A stretch of 42,022 nt of DNA from an uncultured Anaerolineales bacterium. Lineage in GTDB: Bacteria > Planctomycetota > Phycisphaerae > FEN-1346. The DNA lies in assembly GCA_964353455.1 (NCBI GenBank), contig CAYGWP010000582.1:1-42022 (forward strand), written 5' to 3'. The notes beneath the pieces are model-generated. The model had not been told where the DNA came from, made no database searches, and worked only from the letters and a program-made list of their open reading frames with translations. Numbering within the stretch: position 1 is the first letter of the stretch; every line of letters begins with the position of its first letter. Below are positions 25,782 to 34,653 of the stretch, one piece after another. A program made the position numbers and the translations under genes.

Positions 25782-27376
25782 TGAATTGTGGATTGTGGAT
25801 TGTGGATTGTGGATTGCGGCGTTCAGCCGCGACTCGAAGTCGAGCACGTTTAGCCGCGACTCGAAGAGGAGCGCGTTGGATCGGGTTGGCGGTGGCTCTA
25901 GTCGCCGCCATTCATGCAACCTCCTCGGCGCAGGCGCAAGTTGATACAACCGTCGCCATCGATACCCCCGACAACGTTGCGCGGCCGGGCGCCTATGCAC
26001 CAGTGCGGATTCGTGCGACGAATCGGACGGCCCGGTCGATCTGGGAAGTTCGCCTCACGAGCGGCGGGCCGGTCGATGTGGTCGTCTCCTGGCGCATCGC
26101 CCCCGGCGAGACGGCCGAGAAGATCCTCCCCGTGTTCTACGCCGGCGGAGACCTGCGGCTTTCCGTCGAGTTCGCCGACGCCGCTGGCAACGTCATTGCC
26201 AATGCCGCCCCCGTGCCGCCGCCCGTCCACGAGGTCTCCGCGAAGACGGCCCTCATGGGCCTCCCCGTCAACCTGGCCGAACCGGACGAGATGGCGCAGG
26301 AAGCCGTGCGCGGGGTCCTCGGCGCCGAATCGCTCCGCCTTGTTCGCCTCGCGCCGGAAGCGATGGCGATGGCCCTCCGGTGCGGGATGCTCGATGCGAT
26401 CTTCTCGGACGCCCCGCCCGCCGCCACCGGCCGCGCGGCCGTCGCAAGGCCGGGACCGCCCCGCACGGTCGTCATGGCTACGGCGCTGCCTTTCGGGGCT
26501 CAAGATGTCGTGCAGCCGGAGGCCTCGCGGCTCTTCGCATCGAGCATCTGGCCCGCCGAGGACCGGCGGCGCCTTTGGCTCTGGCTCGGAGTCTTCGCGC
26601 TGGCCGTCCTCGCCGCGGGGGTCCTCGTGCCGGGACGGAAAGCCGGCCACGGCACGAGCCGTACCCGTGCCAGGGCGGTGGTCGCCACGGCGATTCTCGT
26701 GATCGTCGCGGCTGTCGCCGCGGCGACCATCCTCTTCTTCGGCGATGTACGCCTGGCGCGGGTCCGCGACGCCCGCGTGTTCTACATCGACCCCTTCCGG
26801 ACGGACGCAGGTCTCGAACATTTCGTGCTCCTTGAGTCGCGCGGGGGGGCGCCGGCGAATTTCGTCCTCGCGCAGCCCGGCACATCGCCTTTTCCCGTGC
26901 CGGTGCTCGCGGGCTCGGAGGACTTCTTCCGCAAGGGCGGCACGCTGCACGTGGGGAGCGAGGAGTACTTTGAGAGCCGCGAGCCGTGGCTGCTCGTTCA
27001 CGTTCTCTCGACGGCCGAGTGGCGCGGTGGGCAGTCTTGCCCACCGCGCGAATTGCGGCCGACGCGGGCGGACTTGGCGGCGGTCGCCAGGCGAGCCGAC
27101 GTTGTCGCCGCCCTGCTGGTCGATGGCAGCGTCGCCACCGATGCCGCCGGCCGGTCGCAGCCCCTGGAGGCCTGGGCCGTCGAGTGGAAGGCCGACGCCG
27201 ACCCGCGTCTCGCCTACGCCGGCCGCAGCCTCTCCTGGTGGGACCGCGACCGCCGCGAGGGCGACGGAAAGGTCCTCCTCGTCTGGTGGCACGACGCCGC
27301 CTGTCCCCCCGCCGAGGCCCCGCCGAGTTTGGGGGACCGGTCATTCCCGACGCTGGCGGTCTATTCGGCCGAGTGA
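25781..27376 (+). CDS. Hypothetical membrane/secreted protein (signal-like segment plus two internal TM); start uncertain
   Basis: TAATG coupling to the debranching enzyme gene; typical codon usage after about 25900; N-terminus is built from repeats. Confidence 0.7.
   Translation: MNCGLWIVDCGLRRSAATRSRARLAATRRGARWIGLAVALVAAIHATSSAQAQVDTTVAIDTPDNVARPGAYAPVRIRATNRTARSIWEVRLTSGGPVDVVVSWRIAPGETAEKILPVFYAGGDLRLSVEFADAAGNVIANAAPVPPPVHEVSAKTALMGLPVNLAEPDEMAQEAVRGVLGAESLRLVRLAPEAMAMALRCGMLDAIFSDAPPAATGRAAVARPGPPRTVVMATALPFGAQDVVQPEASRLFASSIWPAEDRRRLWLWLGVFALAVLAAGVLVPGRKAGHGTSRTRARAVVATAILVIVAAVAAATILFFGDVRLARVRDARVFYIDPFRTDAGLEHFVLLESRGGAPANFVLAQPGTSPFPVPVLAGSEDFFRKGGTLHVGSEEYFESREPWLLVHVLSTAEWRGGQSCPPRELRPTRADLAAVARRADVVAALLVDGSVATDAAGRSQPLEAWAVEWKADADPRLAYAGRSLSWWDRDRREGDGKVLLVWWHDAACPPAEAPPSLGDRSFPTLAVYSAE
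25784..25877 (+). repeat. Heptamer tract (5 units) followed by a 27-bp tandem duplication
   Basis: aattgtg gattgtg gattgtg gattgtg gattgcg; then cgttcagccgcgactcgaagtcgagca / cgtttagccgcgactcgaagaggagcg. Confidence 0.88.
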
Positions 27377-27401
27377 TCGCAAGTCAAGTGATCGCAAGTC
27401 A
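27372..27401. repeat. Perfect 15-bp tandem duplication containing the upstream stop codon
   Basis: agTGAtcgcaagtca x2. Confidence 0.85.
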
Positions 27402-27420
27402 ATTATATGGAGAAGGTCCG

Positions 27421-30336
27421 ATGCATCCATGGCGAACCGCCTTTCTCGGAGTATGCTGCCTCTTGACCGCCGCTACCTGTCACGCGGCGCCTGTGCCTGA
27501 AGCCGCCGACCCGCTCGATGCTGCAACGATAGTCTGGGATTCGCCGAGCAAGGATTCCTCCGGCTCCATGCCGCTCGGTAACGGCGACATCGGCCTCAAC
27601 GTGTGGGTTGAGACCGGCGGCGACCTCGTGTTCTACGTAAGCAAGACCGATGCGTGGGATGCCCTGGGGCGGCTCCTGAAACTCGGGCGGGTGCGCGTGA
27701 AGTTCTCGCCGAACCCGTTTGCGGCCGGCGCGCCCTTCCGCCAAACGCTGCGACTCCGGCAAGGGGAGATCGAGATCGTCGCCGGGCCGCCGGCCGAAGC
27801 CGTTACGGTCCGACTCTGGGTCGATGCCAACTTGCCGGTCGTCCGCCTCACGGCCGACGGCGCAAAGCCGCTGGCTATGCAGGTCAACCTGGAGGTCTGG
27901 CGAACTCAAGAAGGGCCGCTGGAGGGAAAGAACCGCGATTCCGCCCGCGGCATCCTCGGCGCCCCGACACCGCTGGTCGCCACGCCCGACACCGTCCTTG
28001 ATGCCGCCGGCGATCGCCTCGTCTGGTATCACCGCAACACAAGTTCCTGCTGGCCGATCACGATGAAGGTCCAGGGCCTCGAGAGCCTCGTGAAGCCGAC
28101 GGACGACCCCCTCATCAGCCGCACCTTCGGCGGCTGCATCAAGGGCGACGGCCTCGCGAAGGACGGTCCCACAACGCTCCGCTCGAAGCAGCCCGCCCGC
28201 AACCACTCCGTCGCCATCTACATCCTCAAGCCCGAAGCACCCGTGACGAACGATGAGTGGCTTGCGGCGCTGGACCGCCTCATCGCCCGCGTCGATGAAG
28301 TCCGGCCCGAGAGGGCCCGCGAGGCCCATCTTCGCTGGTGGGATGATTTCTGGAACCGCAGTTGGATCCGCGTGTCGGGGGCGGCGGCGCCAGGAGGCCC
28401 GCAGATCACCGCGAACGACCTGCCGCTTCGGATCGGCGCCTCCAGCAGCGGCGGCAACCGATTCGTCGGCGACATCGCAAGGCCGATGGTCTTCAGCCGC
28501 GCGCTTACGCCCCAGGAGGTCGCGGCCCTCGCCGACGGCAAGGATCAAGCCCTCCAGCGGGACCCGGCCCTCGTCGGATTCTGGACCTTCGACAACCTGA
28601 AGGACGGCGCCTTCGGGAGCGCCGCCCCCGGCGAGAACCTCCCCGCCAAGATGGTCGGCGAGGTCGCGGTGGTCGATTCCCCCGCCCGCCAGTCCGTAGG
28701 GCGGGCCGTGCGGCTCGGCGGCAAGGGATACCTGGAGGTGGCCGACAATCCGCGTCTGCACCTTACGACCGGCTGCACGCTTGCCGCATGGGTGGCCGTG
28801 GCGGCATCCAACAGCGCCGACGGCCGCATCATCGACAAGTCCAGGGCCGGCACCAGCAATGGCTACCTCCTCGATACATATCCAAGGAATTCGCTGCGGA
28901 TGATCACCGAGCCCGGGACGCTCATCCACAAGGACGCGCTGAAACCCGGCGAGTGGACCCACGTGGCCGCCACGTTCGACTCGGCGGGCGACCTGCGGCT
29001 GTACGTGAACGGCAGGCAGGTGGCCGCCGAGACGATCGGCGCAACCGGCGGCGCGAACGTCGTCACTCAAGGGTACACCCTCCAGCGGTTCATAAACGCC
29101 TGCGCCGGACGCGGAGCCATGCCGATAAAGTTCAACGGCTCGATCTTCACGGTTGATATTCCAGGGACGGACGGGGACTACCGGAGATGGGGCGGATGCT
29201 ACTGGTTCCAGAACACCCGCCTCCCCTACTGGTCAATGGCGGCCTGCGGCGACTTCGACCTCATGCAGCCACTGTTTAAGATGTACATGAATGCCCTGCC
29301 TTTCAGAAAGGCCGTTACCCGGCTTTACCACAACCACGACGGCGCGGTCTACGACGAGACCATCTACTTCTGGGGCACCCCCTGCAACGACGACTACGGC
29401 TGGAAGCACGAAGGGCACCCCGTGTCGCTCATGGTCAACCAGTACATCCGCCGCCACTGGGAAGGCGGGCTGGAACTCGCGATGATGATGCTTGACCATT
29501 TCGATTACACCGAGGACAAGGCGTTCGGCAGGTCAACGCTGGTCCCCTTCGCCGATGCAATCGCCACCTTCTACGACAAGCACTATCCGCGAGAGACCGA
29601 CGGGCGACTGCGGATCGAGCCCGCCCAGTCGCTCGAGACGTGGTGGACGGCCGTCAACCCGATGCCCGAGGTGGCGGGCCTTCGGGCCGTCCTGCCGCGG
29701 CTCATCGCCCTGCCGGAGGACCTCGCCACGCCGACGCAGCGCGAGAACTGGAGGCGCCTGCTCGGGCAGGTCCCGCCCATTCCGCTGCGACAGGCCGACG
29801 GCAAGACCATCCTTGCGCCGGCGCAGGAATTCTCGAACCGTCATAACTGCGAGAACCCGGAACTCTACGCCGTCTTCCCGTACCGCCTCTACGGCGTGGG
29901 CAAGCCGGACCTGGAGATGGCGCGGGCGAGTTTCGCCGCACGCGAGGTCAAGGGCAGCCGCGGATGGCAGCAGGACCCGGTGCAGGCCGCCATTCTCGGC
30001 CTCGCGGACCAGGCCGCCCAGTTCATCGCTCGACGATTCGCCACCAAAGACTCCGGCAGCCGATTCCCCGCATTCTGGGGACCGAACTTCGACTGGGTCC
30101 CCGACCAGGACCACGGGGCAAACGGCATGATGGGCCTCGAGGCGATGCTCCTCCAGGCAGACGGCCGCAAGATCTACGTCCTCCCCGCGTGGCCGAAGGC
30201 CTGGGACGTCGAGTTTGCGCTCCGCGCGCCCTATAGCACGACCGTCGAGTGCCTCTATCGGGGCGGCAAGGTCGAGCGATTGAAGGTGACCCCGGCCTCG
30301 CGCGAAAAAGACGTGACAGTGCTCCCGCCGCAGTAA
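27421..30336 (+). CDS. Secreted GH95-like (DUF5703-type) glycoside hydrolase with an inserted LamG-like domain
   Basis: Signal peptide; GSMPLGNGDIGLNVW; LamG-like WTHVAATFD..LRLYVNG; PIKFNGSIF, YWFQNTRLPYW, ENPELYAVFPY, NFDWVPDQDHG, LPAWPKAWDVEF. GGAGAAGG RBS. Confidence 0.82.
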   Translation: MHPWRTAFLGVCCLLTAATCHAAPVPEAADPLDAATIVWDSPSKDSSGSMPLGNGDIGLNVWVETGGDLVFYVSKTDAWDALGRLLKLGRVRVKFSPNPFAAGAPFRQTLRLRQGEIEIVAGPPAEAVTVRLWVDANLPVVRLTADGAKPLAMQVNLEVWRTQEGPLEGKNRDSARGILGAPTPLVATPDTVLDAAGDRLVWYHRNTSSCWPITMKVQGLESLVKPTDDPLISRTFGGCIKGDGLAKDGPTTLRSKQPARNHSVAIYILKPEAPVTNDEWLAALDRLIARVDEVRPERAREAHLRWWDDFWNRSWIRVSGAAAPGGPQITANDLPLRIGASSSGGNRFVGDIARPMVFSRALTPQEVAALADGKDQALQRDPALVGFWTFDNLKDGAFGSAAPGENLPAKMVGEVAVVDSPARQSVGRAVRLGGKGYLEVADNPRLHLTTGCTLAAWVAVAASNSADGRIIDKSRAGTSNGYLLDTYPRNSLRMITEPGTLIHKDALKPGEWTHVAATFDSAGDLRLYVNGRQVAAETIGATGGANVVTQGYTLQRFINACAGRGAMPIKFNGSIFTVDIPGTDGDYRRWGGCYWFQNTRLPYWSMAACGDFDLMQPLFKMYMNALPFRKAVTRLYHNHDGAVYDETIYFWGTPCNDDYGWKHEGHPVSLMVNQYIRRHWEGGLELAMMMLDHFDYTEDKAFGRSTLVPFADAIATFYDKHYPRETDGRLRIEPAQSLETWWTAVNPMPEVAGLRAVLPRLIALPEDLATPTQRENWRRLLGQVPPIPLRQADGKTILAPAQEFSNRHNCENPELYAVFPYRLYGVGKPDLEMARASFAAREVKGSRGWQQDPVQAAILGLADQAAQFIARRFATKDSGSRFPAFWGPNFDWVPDQDHGANGMMGLEAMLLQADGRKIYVLPAWPKAWDVEFALRAPYSTTVECLYRGGKVERLKVTPASREKDVTVLPPQ

Positions 30337-30354
30337 CCCGCCGCCACGTTATTC

Positions 30355-30383
30355 TTGCCGCGCGGCAGGGCCGACGCTACCAT
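30355..30383 (+). promoter_or_regulatory. Promoter, probably leaderless transcript
   Basis: TTGCCG-N17-TACCAT-N7-ATG(30391); no Shine-Dalgarno. Confidence 0.55.
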
Positions 30384-30390
30384 ACGCGGC

Positions 30391-31827
30391 ATGGCTCGGG
30401 TCATCTCTCGGTGGCTGCTCTGTGGAGTTCTGGCGGCGACGGTCGCCGCGGCGACAGAGCCTGCGGCGCCGGCTCGCCAGGGCGAAGTGCAGCAAAGCCC
30501 GGCCGACACAACGGTCGCGCCGCCGGAGGCCGAATCGCCCGGTTGGGGACCTCCCAGCGGCGGTCTCTCCATCTCCCTTTCGCTCGATGGCGACGTCTCG
30601 AGCGGCGGGAACCTCAAGGTGAGCGTCAGCCTGAAGAGCGCTGCCGGAAACCCCGTCGCGCTTCCGCCCGCGAAGGACGTTTTCGGCTGGCTTCTCGTGG
30701 CCCAGAGCACGCCGGGGTCGAAGAAGGCGTACTACAGCGAGAAGATTTCCTTCGCCGGCGCCGGCAAGGACTGGCCGGCGGAAATCGGCGGCGATAAGAT
30801 GGTTACTTATAAGTCGATTGATCTATCCAAGTCGGCCGCGTACGCCTCCGAGGACGCCAAGCGCCTCCTCACGGCCTACGTCTCCCAGGCGGGCGAGGGC
30901 CTCCCCAAGCCCGCCGGCAAGATGAGCGCCGTCCTCATGCCCGGCCGCGCGATGGCCAAGTTCACCCTCTGCATCCCGGCAACGGGCGCCGCACCGACGC
31001 TCGTGACGAGCGCCGCCGCGGAAATCCTCGTCGGGCCGCCGGACTTTAAGTCGCTCTCGCCCGAGGCCCGCCAGGCTTTCATCGTGGACCTCCTGAAGCA
31101 ATACGACCGCGATGCGTGGTCGGGCCAGCAGGCCCACGACACGGCCGTGCGGCTCGGCAAAGATGTTCTGGACGCGATCATTCCGCCGGCGCTCCAGACG
31201 CGACGACCGTCGCACGCGCGGCTGTGGCTCGCCACCACGCTGGCCGACATCGCCGACGAGCGGGCCGTCAATGCCCTCATCAAACTCCTCGATGACCCCA
31301 TGGGCGGCGTGCGGTACGTCGCGGCATATCACGGGGTGAAGCAGAGAGATGCGCGGCTTGACAAGGCCATCATCGACAAGGTCCAGTCATCGAAAGATGC
31401 GGGCCTGGCAACGTGGGCGCTCCAGGGTTTCATGGTCTTCCGCGGCAGCGCTCCGGATGAACTTGTGAAGGCCACTTTGGAGAGCGACGACCCGAAGGCC
31501 CGCGTGATTGCCGCCGAGATGCTGGCCAAGCACGCGGGCGATACGAACGTGGGGCGCCTCGCCGCGCTCCTCGCGGATAAGGACGAGCGGGTCCGGTCCA
31601 CGGCGGCGACGATGCTCGCCAAGTATAAGAGCCGCACCCCCGCGGTTATCGCGGGACTCGTGAAGGCCCTGGACAAGCCGGGCGAGAACGCGCGCTTGAG
31701 GGTATGCGCGGCCCTTTCGGAACTCACCGGCCGAAGCGGCCCGTACGACCCGGCAGCCGACCAGGCGGCGCGCGACAAAACCCTCGCCGACTGGCGCGCC
31801 TGGTTCGAGAAGCAAAGTGCAAAGTGA
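30391..31827 (+). CDS. Secreted HEAT-repeat protein
   Basis: Signal peptide; HEAT repeats AVNALIKLLDDP..VR, LAALLADKDERVRSTAA, VCAALSELTG...WRAWF. Confidence 0.82.
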   Translation: MARVISRWLLCGVLAATVAAATEPAAPARQGEVQQSPADTTVAPPEAESPGWGPPSGGLSISLSLDGDVSSGGNLKVSVSLKSAAGNPVALPPAKDVFGWLLVAQSTPGSKKAYYSEKISFAGAGKDWPAEIGGDKMVTYKSIDLSKSAAYASEDAKRLLTAYVSQAGEGLPKPAGKMSAVLMPGRAMAKFTLCIPATGAAPTLVTSAAAEILVGPPDFKSLSPEARQAFIVDLLKQYDRDAWSGQQAHDTAVRLGKDVLDAIIPPALQTRRPSHARLWLATTLADIADERAVNALIKLLDDPMGGVRYVAAYHGVKQRDARLDKAIIDKVQSSKDAGLATWALQGFMVFRGSAPDELVKATLESDDPKARVIAAEMLAKHAGDTNVGRLAALLADKDERVRSTAATMLAKYKSRTPAVIAGLVKALDKPGENARLRVCAALSELTGRSGPYDPAADQAARDKTLADWRAWFEKQSAK

Positions 31828-31841
31828 AAAGTGAAAAGTTG
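31814..31841 (+). repeat. Heptamer tract (4 units) supplying the last codons and stop of the HEAT gene
   Basis: aaagtgc aaagTGA aaagtga aaagttg. Confidence 0.8.
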
Positions 31842-31921
31842 ACGCCGTTCACAGTTAGCCGCCGCGCTTGCGCGGCGCGTTCTGAACTCACACGCACATG
31901 CACGCACAGGAGGTACCAACG

Positions 31922-33148
31922 ATGAGGTCACTCGCAGCAGCGTTCGCAGTGTTGGCACTTGTAGCGGGGTGCGCCAAGCAGGACCAGCGTCCTGCCCCGG
32001 GGTCGTTCGGCGACGACGTCGAGTTCCTCCAGCCGCGCGGCGGCGCACTGGTGCTGTCGGACGCGACCGGCATGGCCCGGGTGGCCGTCTCGCCGCTTCT
32101 CCAGGGCCGCGTGATGACCAGCACGTCCGACGGCCCCGCCGGCATGAGTTACGGCTGGATCAACCGCGACCTGATCGCCTCGGGCGTCAAGCGCGCCCAC
32201 TTCAACCCATACGGCGGCGAGGACCGGTTCTGGATGGGCCCCGAGGGCGGACAGTTCTCCATCTTCTTCTCGAAGGACGAGCCGTTTGACCTCGACCACT
32301 GGTACACGCCGCCGGCCCTCGACATCCGGCCCTGGAACCTCGTGTCGAAGAGCCGCGGCGAGGCCCAGTTCCGTAGCGCGCTCGAGCTAAAGAACTACTC
32401 CGGCACGAAGTTCGACGTGACGGTTGACCGCACGGTGCGGGTCCTGGAACCCGCCGACGTATGGAAGCATCTGGCCGTTGCCCCGGCCACCCCCGCCGTG
32501 CGGATGGTGGCGTTCGAATCGGTCAACCGCATCACGAACGCCGGCAAGGACCCGTGGAAGAAGGAGTCGGGCCTCCTCTCGATCTGGATTCTCGGGATGT
32601 TCAATCCCTCGCCGACGCTGACGGTGGTGGCGCCCTTCAGGCCCGGGGCCGAATCGGAACTGGGTCCGGTCGTCAATGCCGACTACTTCGGCCGCGTGCC
32701 GCCCGAGCGCCTGGTCGTCCGCGGCAGCATCGCCTTCTTCAGCGGCGACGGCAAGTTCCGCAGCAAGATCGGCCTCAGCCCGAAACGCGCCCGGCCGGTC
32801 CTCGGCAGTTACGATGCCACCAACGGCGTCCTCACGATCGTCCAGTTTACGATGCCTGCGGCGCCGGCCGACTACGTCAACTCGATGTGGGAAATCCAGA
32901 AGAACCCCTACGCCGGCGACGTGGCCAACAGTTACAACGACGGTCCGCCCAAGGAGGGCGTGAAGCCCATGGGGCCGTTCTACGAACTGGAATCCTCATC
33001 GCCTGCGGCGGCGCTGGAGCCGGGCAAGAGCATGGAGCACGTGCACCGGACGATCCACCTGCGCGGGCCGGAGGCGGAACTGGACCGCATCGCCCGCGAG
33101 GTGCTCGGCGTGGGCCTCAAGGACATCGTCACAGCGCTGCCGAGGTAA
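31922..33148 (+). CDS. DUF6786-like lipoprotein
   Basis: Lipobox LVAGC; LQGRVMTST, GGEDRFWMGPEGGQFS, SIWILGMF, NSYNDGP, FYELESSSP. GGAGG RBS. Confidence 0.8.
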   Translation: MRSLAAAFAVLALVAGCAKQDQRPAPGSFGDDVEFLQPRGGALVLSDATGMARVAVSPLLQGRVMTSTSDGPAGMSYGWINRDLIASGVKRAHFNPYGGEDRFWMGPEGGQFSIFFSKDEPFDLDHWYTPPALDIRPWNLVSKSRGEAQFRSALELKNYSGTKFDVTVDRTVRVLEPADVWKHLAVAPATPAVRMVAFESVNRITNAGKDPWKKESGLLSIWILGMFNPSPTLTVVAPFRPGAESELGPVVNADYFGRVPPERLVVRGSIAFFSGDGKFRSKIGLSPKRARPVLGSYDATNGVLTIVQFTMPAAPADYVNSMWEIQKNPYAGDVANSYNDGPPKEGVKPMGPFYELESSSPAAALEPGKSMEHVHRTIHLRGPEAELDRIAREVLGVGLKDIVTALPR

Positions 33149-33217
33149 CACGGCCAGCCGCGCCAATACCGGAGTTTCGCTGTCGGATCAGGAACAGCAA
33201 GCGGAAAGGAGAATCAC

Positions 33218-34597
33218 ATGGCATGCGTTACGCGCCGTGGGTTTTTGGGAGCCCTCGGCCTCGGCGCCGCCGCCTGCGCGGTCCGCCCCGCCTGGCTGGC
33301 GGCCGCCGCACCGGCGAAGAAGCCGAACTTCGTCATCGTCTTCACCGACGACCAGGGCCACGGAGACCTGAGTTGCTACGGCTCGAAGACCATCCACACG
33401 CCGCGGCTGGACCAGATGGCCCGCGAAGGGCTGAAACTGACCAGTTTCTACGTGCAGCCGGTGTGCGGGCCGTCGCGCGCGGCCCTGATGACCGGATGCT
33501 ACCCCACCCGTGTCATCCGCAGATGGACGTTGGCGCCGGGGGAGATCACGATTGCCGAGGTCCTGAAGTCGGCCGGCTACGCCACCTGCTGCATCGGCAA
33601 GTGGGACCTCTCTGGCCGCCAGTTCGTGGAAGGCCGCCTGCCGACCGACCAGGGCTTCGACTACTACTTCGGCACGCTGGGCGCCACCGACTCGGGCCAC
33701 GTGGTTTTCTATCGCAACAAGGAGAAGGTCGGCGAGACCGACGACATGGGCAGCCTGACCAAGCGCTATACGGACGAGGCCATCGACTTCATCCGCCAGC
33801 ACAAGGACGGGCCGTTCTTCCTGTACCTGCCGCACAGCATGCCGCACGTGAAGATCGGCGCCTCCGAGCAATTCCGCGGCAAGTCCAAGGGCGGCCTCTA
33901 CGGCGACGTCATCGAGGAGTTGGACTGGAACACCGGCCGCCTCATTGATGCCCTGAAGGAACTGGGGCTGGCCGAAAACACGATCGTCCTCTTTACCAGC
34001 GACAATGGCCCGTGGCTTGTCAAGGGCGACATGGCCGGTTCGGCCGGCCCGCTGCACGGCGGGAAGGCGACTGCGTGGGAGGGCGGCTTCCGGGTGCCCG
34101 GCATCTTCTGGGGCGGGCGGATACCCGGCGGCCGCGAGAGCGGCGAACTGGTCGCCTCCATCGACCTGATGCCGACCTTCGCCAAGATGGCCGGCGCGGC
34201 GGCGCCGACCGACCGCGTCATCGACGGCTGCGACCAGGGGCAATTCCTGACCGGGGCCTCCGACAAGTCGGCGCGCGACACGTTCCTGTACTACACCGGG
34301 GATCAACTCCGGGCGGTGCGAAAGGGACGGTGGAAACTCTTTGTCGCCAAAGGGGCCGCCAAGGACACGCCGGCGCCGGACAAGGTCGAACTCTACGACC
34401 TGGAGGCCGACATCGGCGAGACCAACAATGTGGCCGCTGCACATCCCGACGTGGTCAAGCAACTCTCGGAACTGGCCGCCAAGGCCCTCGAAGACATCGG
34501 CGAGGGAAACCAGCCCGGCAAGGGCGCACGTGTGGAAGCAAGCGCCCTTAAGACCGCCGAGGAAAAGGCTGCGCCCAAGAAGAAGAAAAAGACCTGA
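33218..34597 (+). CDS. Tat-exported formylglycine-dependent sulfatase (S1)
   Basis: TRRGFLG Tat motif; PNFVIVFTDDQG, CGPSRAALMTG (CxPxR), GKWDL, FTSDNG, WEGGFRVP, ELYDLEADIGE. Confidence 0.93.
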   Translation: MACVTRRGFLGALGLGAAACAVRPAWLAAAAPAKKPNFVIVFTDDQGHGDLSCYGSKTIHTPRLDQMAREGLKLTSFYVQPVCGPSRAALMTGCYPTRVIRRWTLAPGEITIAEVLKSAGYATCCIGKWDLSGRQFVEGRLPTDQGFDYYFGTLGATDSGHVVFYRNKEKVGETDDMGSLTKRYTDEAIDFIRQHKDGPFFLYLPHSMPHVKIGASEQFRGKSKGGLYGDVIEELDWNTGRLIDALKELGLAENTIVLFTSDNGPWLVKGDMAGSAGPLHGGKATAWEGGFRVPGIFWGGRIPGGRESGELVASIDLMPTFAKMAGAAAPTDRVIDGCDQGQFLTGASDKSARDTFLYYTGDQLRAVRKGRWKLFVAKGAAKDTPAPDKVELYDLEADIGETNNVAAAHPDVVKQLSELAAKALEDIGEGNQPGKGARVEASALKTAEEKAAPKKKKKT

Positions 34598-34653
34598 AGA
34601 GGGACCGGCTGGACCCATACCCAGACTCATTGCCCAAACCGCAGGAGCATGCC

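Noticed and set aside
26986-27420. 145-aa N-terminal extension of the GH95-like ORF
   Set aside because: It overlaps the upstream gene; the RBS and signal peptide point to ATG 27421.
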